Shown piece by piece: positions 21,635-31,732 of a stretch of 64,000 nt of DNA (positions are counted from its first letter, which is position 1; each line of letters starts with the position of its first letter). The position numbers were made by a program, and so were the translations under genes. The notes beneath the pieces were generated by a model. The model did no database searches, was not told the DNA's origin, and saw only the letters and a program-made list of their open reading frames with translations. Location of the stretch: assembly GCA_963750165.1 (NCBI GenBank), contig CAVVPN010000004.1, positions 448,001-512,000 on the forward strand, written 5' to 3'. The stretch is from an uncultured Gemmataceae bacterium. Lineage in GTDB: Bacteria; Planctomycetota; Planctomycetia; Gemmatales; Gemmataceae.

Positions 21635-23935
21635 TCACCCTCGCGCCCGCTCCAGCGCCAGTTCCTTGACGCGCTTCAGGTCCACCTTGCCGCTGCCCAG
21701 CAGTGGCAGCTCCGCAATCTGGTAAAAGTCGCGCTCACGCGGAATCCACAGGTTCGGCAACCCCGTGCCCAGCATTTGCTGCCAGATTTGATGCACGTTC
21801 AGCCCGTTCAGGCCCAGGTGCAGCACCACCAGCCGCTCGCCCCTGGTCTCGTCCGGCACCGCGGTCACCACGCAGGCGCGCTCCGTCGTGCCCAGGATCG
21901 CGTGCAACTGGTCCTCCACCTTCTGGTGCGGCACCATCTCGCCGCCGATCTTGCTGAAGCGCGACAGCCGATCCGTGATTGTCAAAAACCCGTCCTCGTC
22001 GATGCGGGCGATGTCGCCGGTCACATACCAGCCGTCACGCAGCACCGCTGCGGTCGCCTCCGGCCGGTCCAGGTAGCCCTTCATCACGTTCGGGCCGTGG
22101 ACCAGCAGGAGCCCTTCCTGATCCGGCGGCCGCGGCGTGAACGTCTCCGGGTCCACCACCCGCACCGCCACGCCGGGGATCGGCTGGCCAATCGTGCCCG
22201 CCTTGCTGCCGATGATCTGGACGCCGCCCTCCTCACGGTTCGGCAGGTTCGCCGTCGCCGCCGGCGATAGCTCCGTGCAGCCATACGCCTCCAGCGGTTC
22301 GACGCCGAATTGCTCCCGGAACTCCTGCGCCAGCGCCGACGGCAGTTTCTCCGCACCGACCGCCAGCAGCCGCAGCGACCGGAAAGCGTCCGGCTCACAG
22401 CGGCGCAGGCTCATGCGCAGGAACGTTGGCGTCGTCAGGTAGATGGTACACTGGTGCTTCTTGATGAGTTCGCCGATCTCGCGGGCCTGGCGCGGGTCGG
22501 GGTAGTAGAGGACCGACGCGCCCACCTGCAACGGCACCCACATCGTCACCGTGAAGCCGAAACTGTGGAAGAACGGCAGCACGCCCATCGCCCGGTCGTC
22601 CGTCCGCAGCCGAATCGCCTCGATCATGGAGTCGGCGTTGGCCGCGATGTTGCCATGCGTCAGCATCACCCCCTTTGGCTCGCCCGTGCTGCCGCTGGAG
22701 AAAATCACCGCCGCCAGGTCGTCCGCCGTGTGCCCGCCCAGGCCCAGTTGCCAGTATTCCTGCACCCAGCCCGGCAACAGCAGCACAGCCAGATACGCCC
22801 GCAGCCGCTGCCCGCGCGTCACGTCCTTGCGGAAGTCCTCCAGGTAGATCAGCTCCACGCCTGGCCCGGCGTCCAGCGCCAGCTTGCGCGTGAACAGCCG
22901 CGAGGTCAGCACGTGCCGCAATTTGCACTGGCGGATCGCCGACTGCACGCCCTCCGGCGCGGCGGTGTAGTTCAGGTTCACCGCCGTCTTGCCGAGCAGC
23001 GCGACGGCGATGTTGGCGATGGCGCCGCCGACGGCCGCCGGCAGCCACAGCCCGACCATCGAGGCGTCGCCCAGCAACGGCCGCAGTTTGGCCGCGAGAA
23101 TCTTGGCGCCCGCCAGTACCTCGCCATAGCGGTACAGCGGCTTCTGGGCGTTGTTCGGGTCGATCAGGCACGGCCGGAACGGATGGCGGGCGGCGGTGCG
23201 GACGAACTGGCGGTGGACCGGGCGGCGCTGCGACCGCCGACGCAGGGCGCCGTCGGCGCTGAGCACCTGGATGGCCTGGCGCACCGCCGCGGCGGAGGTG
23301 CCCGGCGGCAGCGGCGGGCCGAGTTCCACGTCCACCGTCAACGGCAGCGGCAGTCCGCGGAGGTAGCGCACGGCGAAGTAGTTGAACGGACTGCCCCACA
23401 GCCGGCGGACGTGCAGCGGCAGCACCGGCGCCGGGCAGCGTCGGGCCACCTGCTCGAAACTGCGCTGGAACGGCAGCCGAAAGCCGGCGCCGGTGCTGCC
23501 GACCTCCGCGAGCAGGCACACGACCTGGCCGGCCTCCAGAGCGTCGCCGGCGGCGCGCAGCGAGTGCATCAGGCCGCGCGGCCCCTCGTTGTTCTCCGCG
23601 GGAATCACTCCGGCCAGGCGCATGAGCCAGCGCCGCCCCGGCAGGCGCGACTGCGGCGACCAGAGCACGAAGCGGACGCGGCGCGGCAGCACCGCCAGCA
23701 GCAGACAGGCGTCGAGCAGGCCGAGCGGGTTGGCCACCAGGAGGGCGCCGCCGCTGGCCGGTAGGTGGGCGGCGCCGTGCAGGCGAACGCGGTAGATCGT
23801 GTGCGCCAGCAGCCAGAACGGCAGCCGGACCAGGAAAAAGAAGCGCCGCCAGCACACCAGCAGCCCCACCAGGACCGCGGCGAGGCACACCAGGCCCCAG
23901 AACGCCAATGGGTCGAGTGGCGTCGGCGGCTGCAT
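21635..23935 (-). CDS. Aas-like bifunctional acyltransferase / acyl-ACP synthetase
   Basis: N-terminal TM and degenerate PlsC domain; IFSSGSTGEPKGVMLTH, YGCTE, YVTGDIA, DRLSRFSKIGGE, LGSGK. Confidence 0.88.
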   Translation of the reverse strand: MQPPTPLDPLAFWGLVCLAAVLVGLLVCWRRFFFLVRLPFWLLAHTIYRVRLHGAAHLPASGGALLVANPLGLLDACLLLAVLPRRVRFVLWSPQSRLPGRRWLMRLAGVIPAENNEGPRGLMHSLRAAGDALEAGQVVCLLAEVGSTGAGFRLPFQRSFEQVARRCPAPVLPLHVRRLWGSPFNYFAVRYLRGLPLPLTVDVELGPPLPPGTSAAAVRQAIQVLSADGALRRRSQRRPVHRQFVRTAARHPFRPCLIDPNNAQKPLYRYGEVLAGAKILAAKLRPLLGDASMVGLWLPAAVGGAIANIAVALLGKTAVNLNYTAAPEGVQSAIRQCKLRHVLTSRLFTRKLALDAGPGVELIYLEDFRKDVTRGQRLRAYLAVLLLPGWVQEYWQLGLGGHTADDLAAVIFSSGSTGEPKGVMLTHGNIAANADSMIEAIRLRTDDRAMGVLPFFHSFGFTVTMWVPLQVGASVLYYPDPRQAREIGELIKKHQCTIYLTTPTFLRMSLRRCEPDAFRSLRLLAVGAEKLPSALAQEFREQFGVEPLEAYGCTELSPAATANLPNREEGGVQIIGSKAGTIGQPIPGVAVRVVDPETFTPRPPDQEGLLLVHGPNVMKGYLDRPEATAAVLRDGWYVTGDIARIDEDGFLTITDRLSRFSKIGGEMVPHQKVEDQLHAILGTTERACVVTAVPDETRGERLVVLHLGLNGLNVHQIWQQMLGTGLPNLWIPRERDFYQIAELPLLGSGKVDLKRVKELALERARG

Positions 23936-24070
23936 GGCGAAGCAGGTTCCGGCCCCTGGCAATCGTGGCACGTCCATTCCCCCTCGCAGGCCGTTGCAGC
24001 CCCCCAACTTACCGACCTCTTCCCGACAGCGTACCCCGGGCGGCCGTGCGGGGCCAGAGCAAGATGCCGG

Positions 24071-24153
24071 CGAGCGGGGTCGCGTCAGCGCCCCGTGTCC
24101 GCGCCCCGTGTCCCAGTGGACGCAGGCACGGGGCGCTGACGCGACCCCGCTCG
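24071..24153. repeat. Palindromic repeat, CGAGCGG family (related copies at 38025, 38988, 56479)
   Basis: Perfect 27-bp arms CGAGCGGGGTCGCGTCAGCGCCCCGTG. Confidence 0.8.
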
Positions 24154-24287
24154 TCCGGGTCTTGATTTGCCGTTGCCCCCGGCGCCACTTGCCGCTATAA
24201 ACCCGCCCTCCCGTCCACCACCCACACTGTCCGTCCCGCAGTCCAGGGCGAGAGCGCTGCGCGATCTCCTTAATTTAGGAAGTTCCG

Positions 24288-24641
24288 ATGGCTCCGAAAC
24301 CTCTCCTGCATCCTATACTGGTAAATGAGGCCCTGACACGCGGACTCGCGGACCCCGAAGCACGCCTGCTCGTGGAGTGGCTGGTCGATCAGGTGGAACT
24401 ATTGTCCAGTCAGGAACCCTCGCAATTCGTCCTGAACGCCCAGGTGCACCAGTTGTGCCACCGAGCCCGCTCCGTCAGTCGTTTTGTTCAATTGTGGTGC
24501 CACCTGAACGCCCGTGGGGCTGCCTGCCAGCTGGCCGCCACGGAGCGCTTCGCCTGGCCGCTGCCGACCGAAGCAGTGGACCCGTATGAGCTTATGCGCG
24601 ACATCCTCGACTGGGAGGCCGAGCAGACCGGCGCCGACTGA
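24288..24641 (+). CDS. Hypothetical protein (117 aa)
   Basis: AGGAAG RBS, protein-like helical composition, fills an intergenic gap. Confidence 0.7.
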   Translation: MAPKPLLHPILVNEALTRGLADPEARLLVEWLVDQVELLSSQEPSQFVLNAQVHQLCHRARSVSRFVQLWCHLNARGAACQLAATERFAWPLPTEAVDPYELMRDILDWEAEQTGAD

Positions 24642-24727
24642 ACGCCCGGCACCCGCGGCACCAACGCCGCAGTCGCTGCCGCCGTTGATGAAGGTTCTGA
24701 AAAATCAATTTTCGCCCCGGTAATAAC

Positions 24728-24756
24728 TTGTCTCGGTTCTCTCTATTGGGTACGAT
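24728..24756 (+). promoter_or_regulatory. Putative sigma-70 promoter of the HlyD/M50 operon
   Basis: TTGTCT-N17-TACGAT, about 100 nt upstream of GTG 24856. Confidence 0.45.
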
Positions 24757-24855
24757 CTAACAAGCTTGCCGAATCCTTAACTCCACCGGCAAGCTTCCTA
24801 CTGTCCCGGCCGTTCGCCAACTGCCACCCCCTTCTCTCAGCCACGAGGTTTTTCC

Positions 24856-26979
24856 GTGAGTGTGGGCCCCGAACCGAACGACGTTAACTTGCTGGAACAG
24901 GCGCGCCGCCAGATCAATCGCCTGGCCGAAGAAATCGCCAAGCTGTCGGAGATGGACCTGGCGCCGGCGGACTACTATGGCGAATTCCTGCAGCGCGTGT
25001 TAACCGCCCTGGCAGCCCCCGCCGGTGCCATCTGGCTGCGGACGCAGCAGGGCAACTTGCAGTTGCAGTACCAGATCAATATGCGGCAGGTCGGCCTCGA
25101 CCGCGACCAGGAGGGCCGCGCCGGTCATGACGAACTGCTGCGCCAGGCTCTGCAAAAGGGCCAGCCCGCCCTGCTGGCGCCGCACAGCGGTCTCGGCCAG
25201 GCCGAGGGCAGCAAGGGGCCGGCCGCCAGCAACCCCACCGACTTCGTGACCCTGCTGGCGCCGATCATGGTGGACAAAAACGTCGCCGGCCTGGTGGAAG
25301 TCTGGCAGGACCCCGGCCGCGGCCCCGAGGCGCAGCGCGGCTTCCTGCAATTCATCATCCGCATGGCCGGCCTGGCGTCCGGCTACACCCGCAACCACCA
25401 GCTGCGGCAGATGACCGGCCAGCAGCAGGTCTGGACCCAACTCGAAACCTTTTCGCGGCAGATCCACAACAGCCTGAACCCGACCGAGGTGGCCTACATG
25501 GTCGCCAACGAGGGCCGTCGGCTGCTGGAGTGCGACCGCCTCAGCGTTGGCCTGCGCGAGGGCCACGCCGTCCGCGTCGAGTCCATCAGCGGCGCCGACG
25601 TGGTCGAGCGCCGCTCCAACCTCGTCCAGCTGATGAAGGTGCTGATGTGGGAGGTGCTGCGCTGGGGCGAGAAGCTCATCTACAGCGGCACCCGCGACGA
25701 GACGCTGCCGCCAGAAGTCAACCATGCGCTCGACGCCTACCTGGCCGAGAGCAATAGCAAACTGCTCGTGGTGCAGCCGCTGCGCGACGACCGCGAAGCC
25801 GGGAGTAAACGGCCCGGCCGGTCAGTGCTGCTCCTGGAATCGTTCGACCCGTCGAACACGGTCGAGCAGACTGTGGCCAAGCTGGAGGTGATCGGCAAGC
25901 ACGTCACGCCGGCGCTGTACAACGCCTGGGAGCACCGCCGCATTCCGATGCGCTTCCTGTGGGTGCCGCTGGCGCACGTGCAGGAGGGCCTGGGCGGCAA
26001 GACCAAGGCCATTATCACGCTGGTGCTGATGGGCCTGGTCGTGCTGATCGAGGCGCTGGTGGCGGTGCCGTACCCGCTGCGCATGGAGGCCAACGGCGAA
26101 ATCCTGCCGATCCAGCGGGCGTACGTCTTCACGCCGGGGCCGGGCCTGGTCAAGGGCTTCCCCAGCAAGATCAAGCCCGGCGCCAAGGTCTTCAAGGGCG
26201 ATCCGGTGGTGCTGATGTATTCGCCGGAACTGGCCAAGGAAATCGTGGAGATGCGCAGCACCATCGCCAACGCCGAGCGGCAGGCGGCCATGTTCAAGGT
26301 CGTGCCGCGCGACGAGATGCCCAACGCCAAGGTCGCCCGTGAGAAACAACTCATCGACGCCGAGATCACCCTCAGTTTCGAGCGGAAAAAGCTGGAAGAC
26401 AAGCGGGTGCTGTTCAACGCCGACCTTGACCGGCCCGGCGAATATGCGCTGCTGGCGCCGATGACCGGCATCGTGTTGAGTTCCGACTTCAACGAGAAGC
26501 TCAAGGGCACCACCGTCAGCCCCTCGCAGCCGCTACTGCGCATCGGCCAGGTCAGCCACAACAAGAAGATCCGCGACGAGTGGGAGGTCGAGTTGAAGAT
26601 TCCCCAGAAGCACCTCGGCCAGGTGCTACTGGCCTTCAAGGACGGCAAAACCGAACTGGATGTCGATCTCCTGCTGACGACCAACCCGACCGCCACCTAC
26701 AAGGGCAAGCTATTGCGCCACCGCCTCGCCTCCGAGGCGACGCCGAACCGCGACAACAACAACGAGGCCGAGCCGATGGCCCTGGCCTGGGTGCGGATCA
26801 GCCCAAAGAAGGTGGACGGCAAGTGGGACATTCCGGAGGACCAGCAGGTGCCGCTTGACCTGCTCGTGACCGGCACCGAGGTCCACAGCCGTATCCGCTG
26901 CGGCAACCGGCCGATGGGCTACTCGCTGTTCTACGGCGTCTGGGAGTTCTTCTACGAGAAGGTCGTGTTCTTCTTCTAG
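24856..26979 (+). CDS. GAF-like domains + TM + membrane-fusion (HlyD/biotin-lipoyl) protein
   Basis: Two GAF-like regions, TM IITLVLMGLVVLIEALVAVPYP, lipoyl halves (VFTPGPGLVK, LLAPMTGIV), coiled coil, C-terminal IRCGNRPMGY. Confidence 0.75.
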   Translation: MSVGPEPNDVNLLEQARRQINRLAEEIAKLSEMDLAPADYYGEFLQRVLTALAAPAGAIWLRTQQGNLQLQYQINMRQVGLDRDQEGRAGHDELLRQALQKGQPALLAPHSGLGQAEGSKGPAASNPTDFVTLLAPIMVDKNVAGLVEVWQDPGRGPEAQRGFLQFIIRMAGLASGYTRNHQLRQMTGQQQVWTQLETFSRQIHNSLNPTEVAYMVANEGRRLLECDRLSVGLREGHAVRVESISGADVVERRSNLVQLMKVLMWEVLRWGEKLIYSGTRDETLPPEVNHALDAYLAESNSKLLVVQPLRDDREAGSKRPGRSVLLLESFDPSNTVEQTVAKLEVIGKHVTPALYNAWEHRRIPMRFLWVPLAHVQEGLGGKTKAIITLVLMGLVVLIEALVAVPYPLRMEANGEILPIQRAYVFTPGPGLVKGFPSKIKPGAKVFKGDPVVLMYSPELAKEIVEMRSTIANAERQAAMFKVVPRDEMPNAKVAREKQLIDAEITLSFERKKLEDKRVLFNADLDRPGEYALLAPMTGIVLSSDFNEKLKGTTVSPSQPLLRIGQVSHNKKIRDEWEVELKIPQKHLGQVLLAFKDGKTELDVDLLLTTNPTATYKGKLLRHRLASEATPNRDNNNEAEPMALAWVRISPKKVDGKWDIPEDQQVPLDLLVTGTEVHSRIRCGNRPMGYSLFYGVWEFFYEKVVFFF

Positions 26980-26986
26980 CAATGCG

Positions 26987-27064
26987 TCGCACCTGGGGTA
27001 GCGGAAGTCGCCAGACTTCCGAGCGCCGACGGAAGTCTGGCGACTTCCGCTACCCCAGGTGCGA
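26987..27064. repeat. GTAG-type REP doublet
   Basis: Perfect 35-bp arms containing GTAGCGGAAGTCGCCAGACTTCC. Confidence 0.85.
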
Positions 27065-27143
27065 TCGGATTAGGCGGCCCGCCGTCGCACCCACGTCACC
27101 GCGTTAAAACATTCCCATGCCCTGTTAGCCCGGAGATCAAGCC

Positions 27144-29273
27144 ATGTTTCGTTGGTTCATGGTGTTTTTGGTGGCCTTCCTCATCGTCGGCGGAGTGGCC
27201 TGGCATCAGGGGTTGTTGCCCGGCGGCCCCTTCAGCGGCGATTCTGGCCGAGAAGGTGGCCAATCGACCGAGGGCCCCAGGGTGGACCTGGGCGGTCCGC
27301 TGTACCCGGCGGCGCCGGTGAACACGCCAGCGTGGCTGCTGCAAGAAATGGACAAGAAGCGCACCGACCGCCTGGTGCTGTCCGACTTCCAGTTCGAGGT
27401 GATGGACAAGCAAGACGTGATCAGCATGGCCGGCACGGGCAACAAGGAGGGCCAGATCCTGTTCATCGGCCAGGAAGTGTTCAAGGAGAACCTGCTGGGC
27501 AATGACGAGGGCCTGCTGAAAAAGAAATTTATGTGCGGGGACCGGCCGGTGTGGAAAGTCTACCGCCCCTTGAAGGAAGGCAACATCGTCAAGGAGGGCG
27601 ACATGCTCGCCCTGATTGAGCCGTCGGTCGCCGAGACGGACCGCATGATGAAAAAGGCCAAGTACCTCGCCGCCCAGGCTGACCAGAAGGCCTCGGAAGA
27701 GATTCTGAGCGCGACCACCAAGCGCCTGGTCATTTACCATCAGACGAACCACGGCAACAAGAAGGTCATCTCCCCGGAGGAAATGACCAACCTGGAGTTG
27801 ACCCAGGCCAAGTACGCGCAGGAAGTGGTGCAGAAGATTCAGGCCGTCAACCTCGCGATCAACGAGATGCAGGCGTCCGAACTCAATTACCTGTATCACG
27901 AGATCCGCTGCAAGATCCCCGGCGAGAGCGCCATCAAGGTCATCTACAAGAACCCCGGCGACGGCGTCAAGAGCCTGGAGCCGATCATGCAATTGCAGAG
28001 CGTCAGCCGGCTGCGAGCGATCGGCTCGGCGGAGGGCCAGTTCCTCGGCCTGCTGCACGAGGGCCAGCGTGTGGTGCTGGAGCCGAGTGTGGAGGTCGGC
28101 ACCCGGCCGCTGATCAAGGCCCACCGCGGCGAGATCACCGCAGTCGCCACCTGCGCCGACAACCAGCACTTCGTCACCGGCAGTGAGGACGGCACGGTCT
28201 GCGTCTGGCAGCACGGCAAGGACCGGCCCGTCGCCTGGCTGACTCATTCCGCGGCCGTGCGCTCCGTCGCCTGCTCGCCGGAAGGCGCGGAAAAGTCCTG
28301 GTGCCTGGTCGGTTGCGCCGACGGCAGCATTTACCTGTGGGACCTCAAAAAGACCGACGCGCCGGTCTACACCCTGCACGAGAAGCACCGCGACGCCGTG
28401 TCCGCGGTGGCGTTCAGCCCGAAGAACACCAAGGGGGCCTGGTTCGCCACCGGCGGCGTGGACGGCCAGATCAACCTGTGGTCCACCGCGGACGGCCAGC
28501 TGGTCTATCCCTTTGACGCCGAGCACGGCGCCGACAACGGCCACCAGGGGCCGATCACGTCGCTGCACTTCACGCCGCAGACCCGGCTGGTCTCGGCCGG
28601 CCGCGACCAGTCGTTGCGCGTCTGGGAACTGCACGAGAAGGGCGCCCGGCTGCACATCGACCCGATCACCGGCCGCGGTGGTTCCGTCAACCAGCTGGGC
28701 GTGAGCCAGGACGGCCAGTGGATGCTGTTCGACAAGGGCAAGTCGTTGACCATCCGCACAGTGGACAAGGGCCACACGGCCAGCGAGTTGACCAACGCGA
28801 TCACGGCGCCGGCGTTCGAGACGTTGGCCCTGTTCTCGCCGGACGATTCACTGCTGTTGACGGCCGGCGCCGCCGAGGGCCGGGTGCAGTTGTGGCGGAC
28901 GCCGACGCCGTGGGTCCGCGGTTTCGAGGCGCGGCAGTTCGTGACGACGGAGCGCTCGCCGGTGACCTGCGCCGCCTTTTCGCCGAAGGCTGGCCTGGCG
29001 AAGGACGGCTTCGTGGTCACGGGAACCAAGGACGGCTCCGTCTACGTCTGGGACAATGACCTGGCCGTGTGTGTGCCGACGCACGAGGACCTGCGGCAGC
29101 ACTGCCTGACGACGGACCTCAAGGGCCAGCCGATCCAGCTGACGCTGGTGGATCGGACGATGGACTCGGGCAAGGGCCGCATCGGCGTGGACATCAACAA
29201 CCCGCTGTTGAACGGCTCGACGCAGCGCCGCTTTCAGCCCGGCCAGCGCTTGACTGTCGTGGTGGTGGACTAA
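27144..29273 (+). CDS. Membrane-fusion (HlyD-like) protein with inserted WD40 beta-propeller
   Basis: N-terminal signal/TM, LKEGNIVKEGDMLA lipoyl motif, coiled coil, WD40 repeats (HRGEITAV..TGSEDGTVCVW; GHQGPITSL..SAGRDQSLRVW). Confidence 0.8.
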   Translation: MFRWFMVFLVAFLIVGGVAWHQGLLPGGPFSGDSGREGGQSTEGPRVDLGGPLYPAAPVNTPAWLLQEMDKKRTDRLVLSDFQFEVMDKQDVISMAGTGNKEGQILFIGQEVFKENLLGNDEGLLKKKFMCGDRPVWKVYRPLKEGNIVKEGDMLALIEPSVAETDRMMKKAKYLAAQADQKASEEILSATTKRLVIYHQTNHGNKKVISPEEMTNLELTQAKYAQEVVQKIQAVNLAINEMQASELNYLYHEIRCKIPGESAIKVIYKNPGDGVKSLEPIMQLQSVSRLRAIGSAEGQFLGLLHEGQRVVLEPSVEVGTRPLIKAHRGEITAVATCADNQHFVTGSEDGTVCVWQHGKDRPVAWLTHSAAVRSVACSPEGAEKSWCLVGCADGSIYLWDLKKTDAPVYTLHEKHRDAVSAVAFSPKNTKGAWFATGGVDGQINLWSTADGQLVYPFDAEHGADNGHQGPITSLHFTPQTRLVSAGRDQSLRVWELHEKGARLHIDPITGRGGSVNQLGVSQDGQWMLFDKGKSLTIRTVDKGHTASELTNAITAPAFETLALFSPDDSLLLTAGAAEGRVQLWRTPTPWVRGFEARQFVTTERSPVTCAAFSPKAGLAKDGFVVTGTKDGSVYVWDNDLAVCVPTHEDLRQHCLTTDLKGQPIQLTLVDRTMDSGKGRIGVDINNPLLNGSTQRRFQPGQRLTVVVVD

Positions 29274-29274
29274 G

Positions 29275-29375
29275 TAGTCATTAGCCATTAGTTATCCGGA
29301 CCCCGTTCGGGCAATAACTTGGTTCTGAACTGCGACCCGGATAACTAATGACTAATGACTAATGACTAATGACTA
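29275..29375. repeat. Inverted repeat with (CTAATGA)x4 heptamer tract
   Basis: TAGTCATTAGCCATTAGTTATCCGG...CCGGATAA(CTAATGA)4. Confidence 0.8.
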
Positions 29376-29383
29376 TGTGAGCA

Positions 29384-31654
29384 ATGAAGACCGACACCCC
29401 CGCGAATGAACTGGAACGCCGCAAATATGTGCGGCTGCGCATCCGCGCCGACCTGGAGATCGCGCCTCAAAAATATGAGGGCCGCACCTACTATGTCGTC
29501 AAGGACCCGGTGAGCCTGCGCTACTACCGGTTCAAGGAACAGGAACACTTCCTGATCCGCTACATGGACGGCACCCACACCCTGGACGACGCGCAAAAGG
29601 AATTTGAGAAGCGCTTCCGTCCGGATCGGCTGACGCTCGAGGACCTGGAGCAGTTCGGCCAGCAGTTGCTGACGGCCGGCCTCGCGCAGAACGAGGCGCC
29701 CAACGCCGGCAAACAGCTCTACGACCGCCGCAAGAAGCGCGTCCGCTCCGAATGGATGCAGACGCTCACCAACATCCTCTACATCAAGATTCCTGTCTTC
29801 GACCCGGACAAGATTCTGAAGCGGATGGTGCCGTGGACGTGGTGGATGTTCACGACCACGTTCCTGTTTCTGTCGCTGGGTGTGATGCTGTCGGCAGTGC
29901 TGCTGGTGCTGACGCACTTCCAGACGTTCCAGTCGCGGCTACCGTCCTACCACGAGTTCTTCAGCTTCAAGACGGTCGCCTACCTGTGGGTCGCCCTCGG
30001 CGCGGTCAAGGTGATCCACGAGTTCGGCCACGGCCTGAGTTGTAAATCCTTCGGCGGCGAAGTTCACGAAATGGGCTTTCTGTTTCTGTGTTTTTCGCCG
30101 TGCATGTATTGCAACGTTTCCGACGCCTGGACGCTGCCGAGCAAGTGGAAGCGCATCATCATCAGCGGTGCCGGCATCTACGTGGAACTAATGATCGCGG
30201 CCATCGCCACGTTCGTGTGGTGGAACACGCCGCACCACCCGTTTATCAACTACATGAGCCTGGCGCTCATGGTGGTGTGCAGCGTCAGCACGGTGATGTT
30301 CAACGGCAACCCGCTGATGCGCTACGACGGCTATTACGTGCTGGCCGACTGGATCGAAATCCCCAACCTCCGCGACCGGGCCAACCGCTACCTGAGCCGG
30401 CTGTTCCAGGAATACTGCCTGGGCATCGAAACACAGCCGGAACCGTACATGGCGCTGGGGCGACGCATTCTGTTCGTGGTGTTCGCCATCGTCAGCTACG
30501 TGTATCGCTGGATCATCACCTTCGTCATCCTGAAATTCATGGCCACCTTCCTGAAGCCGTACAAGCTGGAGGTGGTCAGTAACATGTTGGCCGTGGCGGC
30601 GCTGGCCTCGATGGTTGGCTGGCCGCTGTACCGCCTGGGCCAGAACCTGAACAAGCGTGGGAGACTGCCTGACATGAAACCTGTGCGCGTGGCCCTGACC
30701 GCGGCGGCCGCCGCCGCGCTGTTGCTGGTGTTCTTCTTCCTGCCGCTGCCCGTCAGCCGGGTGCGCGAGACCGGTATCGTCCAGGTGCAGCCGGCCTACC
30801 TTGAAAAGGTGCCCGTGCTGGTGCCGGGCCGGTTGGAGAAAATGCCCGTCAAGGAGGGCCAGTTCGTCAAGAAGGGCGACGTGCTCGCCGAGTTCAGCAG
30901 CCGCCAGCTGGCCGAGGAGAAGATCAAGCTGGTCATGGAACTGGAGCGCAGCGCCCAGCAGATCGCGGCGTACAAGGCGCTGCGGTCCAAGTTGAACGCC
31001 AACGCGCCGGAGGACCGCAAGGACCTCGACGACAAGAAGGCCCGGGCTGAGCAGGAGCACGCCGCCGCCCAGAAAAAACTGCAACTCAACGAGTTCCACC
31101 ACAGCAAACTGGTGCTGGTGGCGCCGCGCGACGGTGTGGTCATGGGTCTGCCGACTGTGGACGAGGTGTTCAAAACATGGTCGGAGCAGGACGTGCAACA
31201 GAAGCCGTTCTGCAGCGTCGGCGATCCGAGCAAACTGCGTGTACTGGTGCCGGTGCAGTCCGCCGATTTCGAGCTGATCCGCGACGACCTGCGCAAGAAG
31301 AAGCAGCGCGGCGAAGCGCTGGAGGTGACCATCCGCGTGCAGGGCTTTGACGCCAACACCTGGCGCGGCCACGTCTCGCACCTGCCGGAGGCGATTGACA
31401 AGAAGGTGCCGCTGGCACTGACGAACAAGGGCGGCGGTCCCCTGGCGGTCAAGCCGGGCGCCAGTCCGAACCAGGATCCCAGCCAGATGGAGCCGCAGGT
31501 GCCGGTGTACCTGGTCGGCATCGACATCGTGAGCCCGGGCCGCGCCATGCGGCCGGGCACCATCGGCCAGGTCAAGATTCACTGCGAGTACCGCACCTGC
31601 GCCTGGTGGGCGTGGCGGGCGATTTCGCAGACGTTCGACCTGAGCCTGCTGTAA
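29384..31654 (+). CDS. PqqD/RRE-like + M50 (site-2) metallopeptidase + HlyD-like fusion protein
   Basis: N-term YYVVKDP..YYRF..MDGTHTL..GQQLLTAGL; HEFGH and NPLMRYDG; C-terminal lipoyl/coiled-coil adaptor. Confidence 0.85.
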   Translation: MKTDTPANELERRKYVRLRIRADLEIAPQKYEGRTYYVVKDPVSLRYYRFKEQEHFLIRYMDGTHTLDDAQKEFEKRFRPDRLTLEDLEQFGQQLLTAGLAQNEAPNAGKQLYDRRKKRVRSEWMQTLTNILYIKIPVFDPDKILKRMVPWTWWMFTTTFLFLSLGVMLSAVLLVLTHFQTFQSRLPSYHEFFSFKTVAYLWVALGAVKVIHEFGHGLSCKSFGGEVHEMGFLFLCFSPCMYCNVSDAWTLPSKWKRIIISGAGIYVELMIAAIATFVWWNTPHHPFINYMSLALMVVCSVSTVMFNGNPLMRYDGYYVLADWIEIPNLRDRANRYLSRLFQEYCLGIETQPEPYMALGRRILFVVFAIVSYVYRWIITFVILKFMATFLKPYKLEVVSNMLAVAALASMVGWPLYRLGQNLNKRGRLPDMKPVRVALTAAAAAALLLVFFFLPLPVSRVRETGIVQVQPAYLEKVPVLVPGRLEKMPVKEGQFVKKGDVLAEFSSRQLAEEKIKLVMELERSAQQIAAYKALRSKLNANAPEDRKDLDDKKARAEQEHAAAQKKLQLNEFHHSKLVLVAPRDGVVMGLPTVDEVFKTWSEQDVQQKPFCSVGDPSKLRVLVPVQSADFELIRDDLRKKKQRGEALEVTIRVQGFDANTWRGHVSHLPEAIDKKVPLALTNKGGGPLAVKPGASPNQDPSQMEPQVPVYLVGIDIVSPGRAMRPGTIGQVKIHCEYRTCAWWAWRAISQTFDLSLL

Positions 31655-31668
31655 TCGATCCAGACAAG

Positions 31669-31720
31669 GAGACCGGGAGACAAGGAGACAATCCGGTCTC
31701 CTTGTCTCCCGGTCTCTTTT
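31669..31720 (+). terminator. GAGACAAG-type hairpin followed by T-run (probable terminator/repeat)
   Basis: 21-bp arms GAGACCGGGAGACAAGGAGAC / GTCTCCTTGTCTCCCGGTCTC then TTTT. Confidence 0.6.
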
Positions 31721-31732
31721 TGAAGGACACCC

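Noticed and set aside
23966..23981. Sigma-54 promoter TGGCACGTCCATTCC
   Set aside because: The invariant -12 GC is CC and the site is far from a plus-strand start
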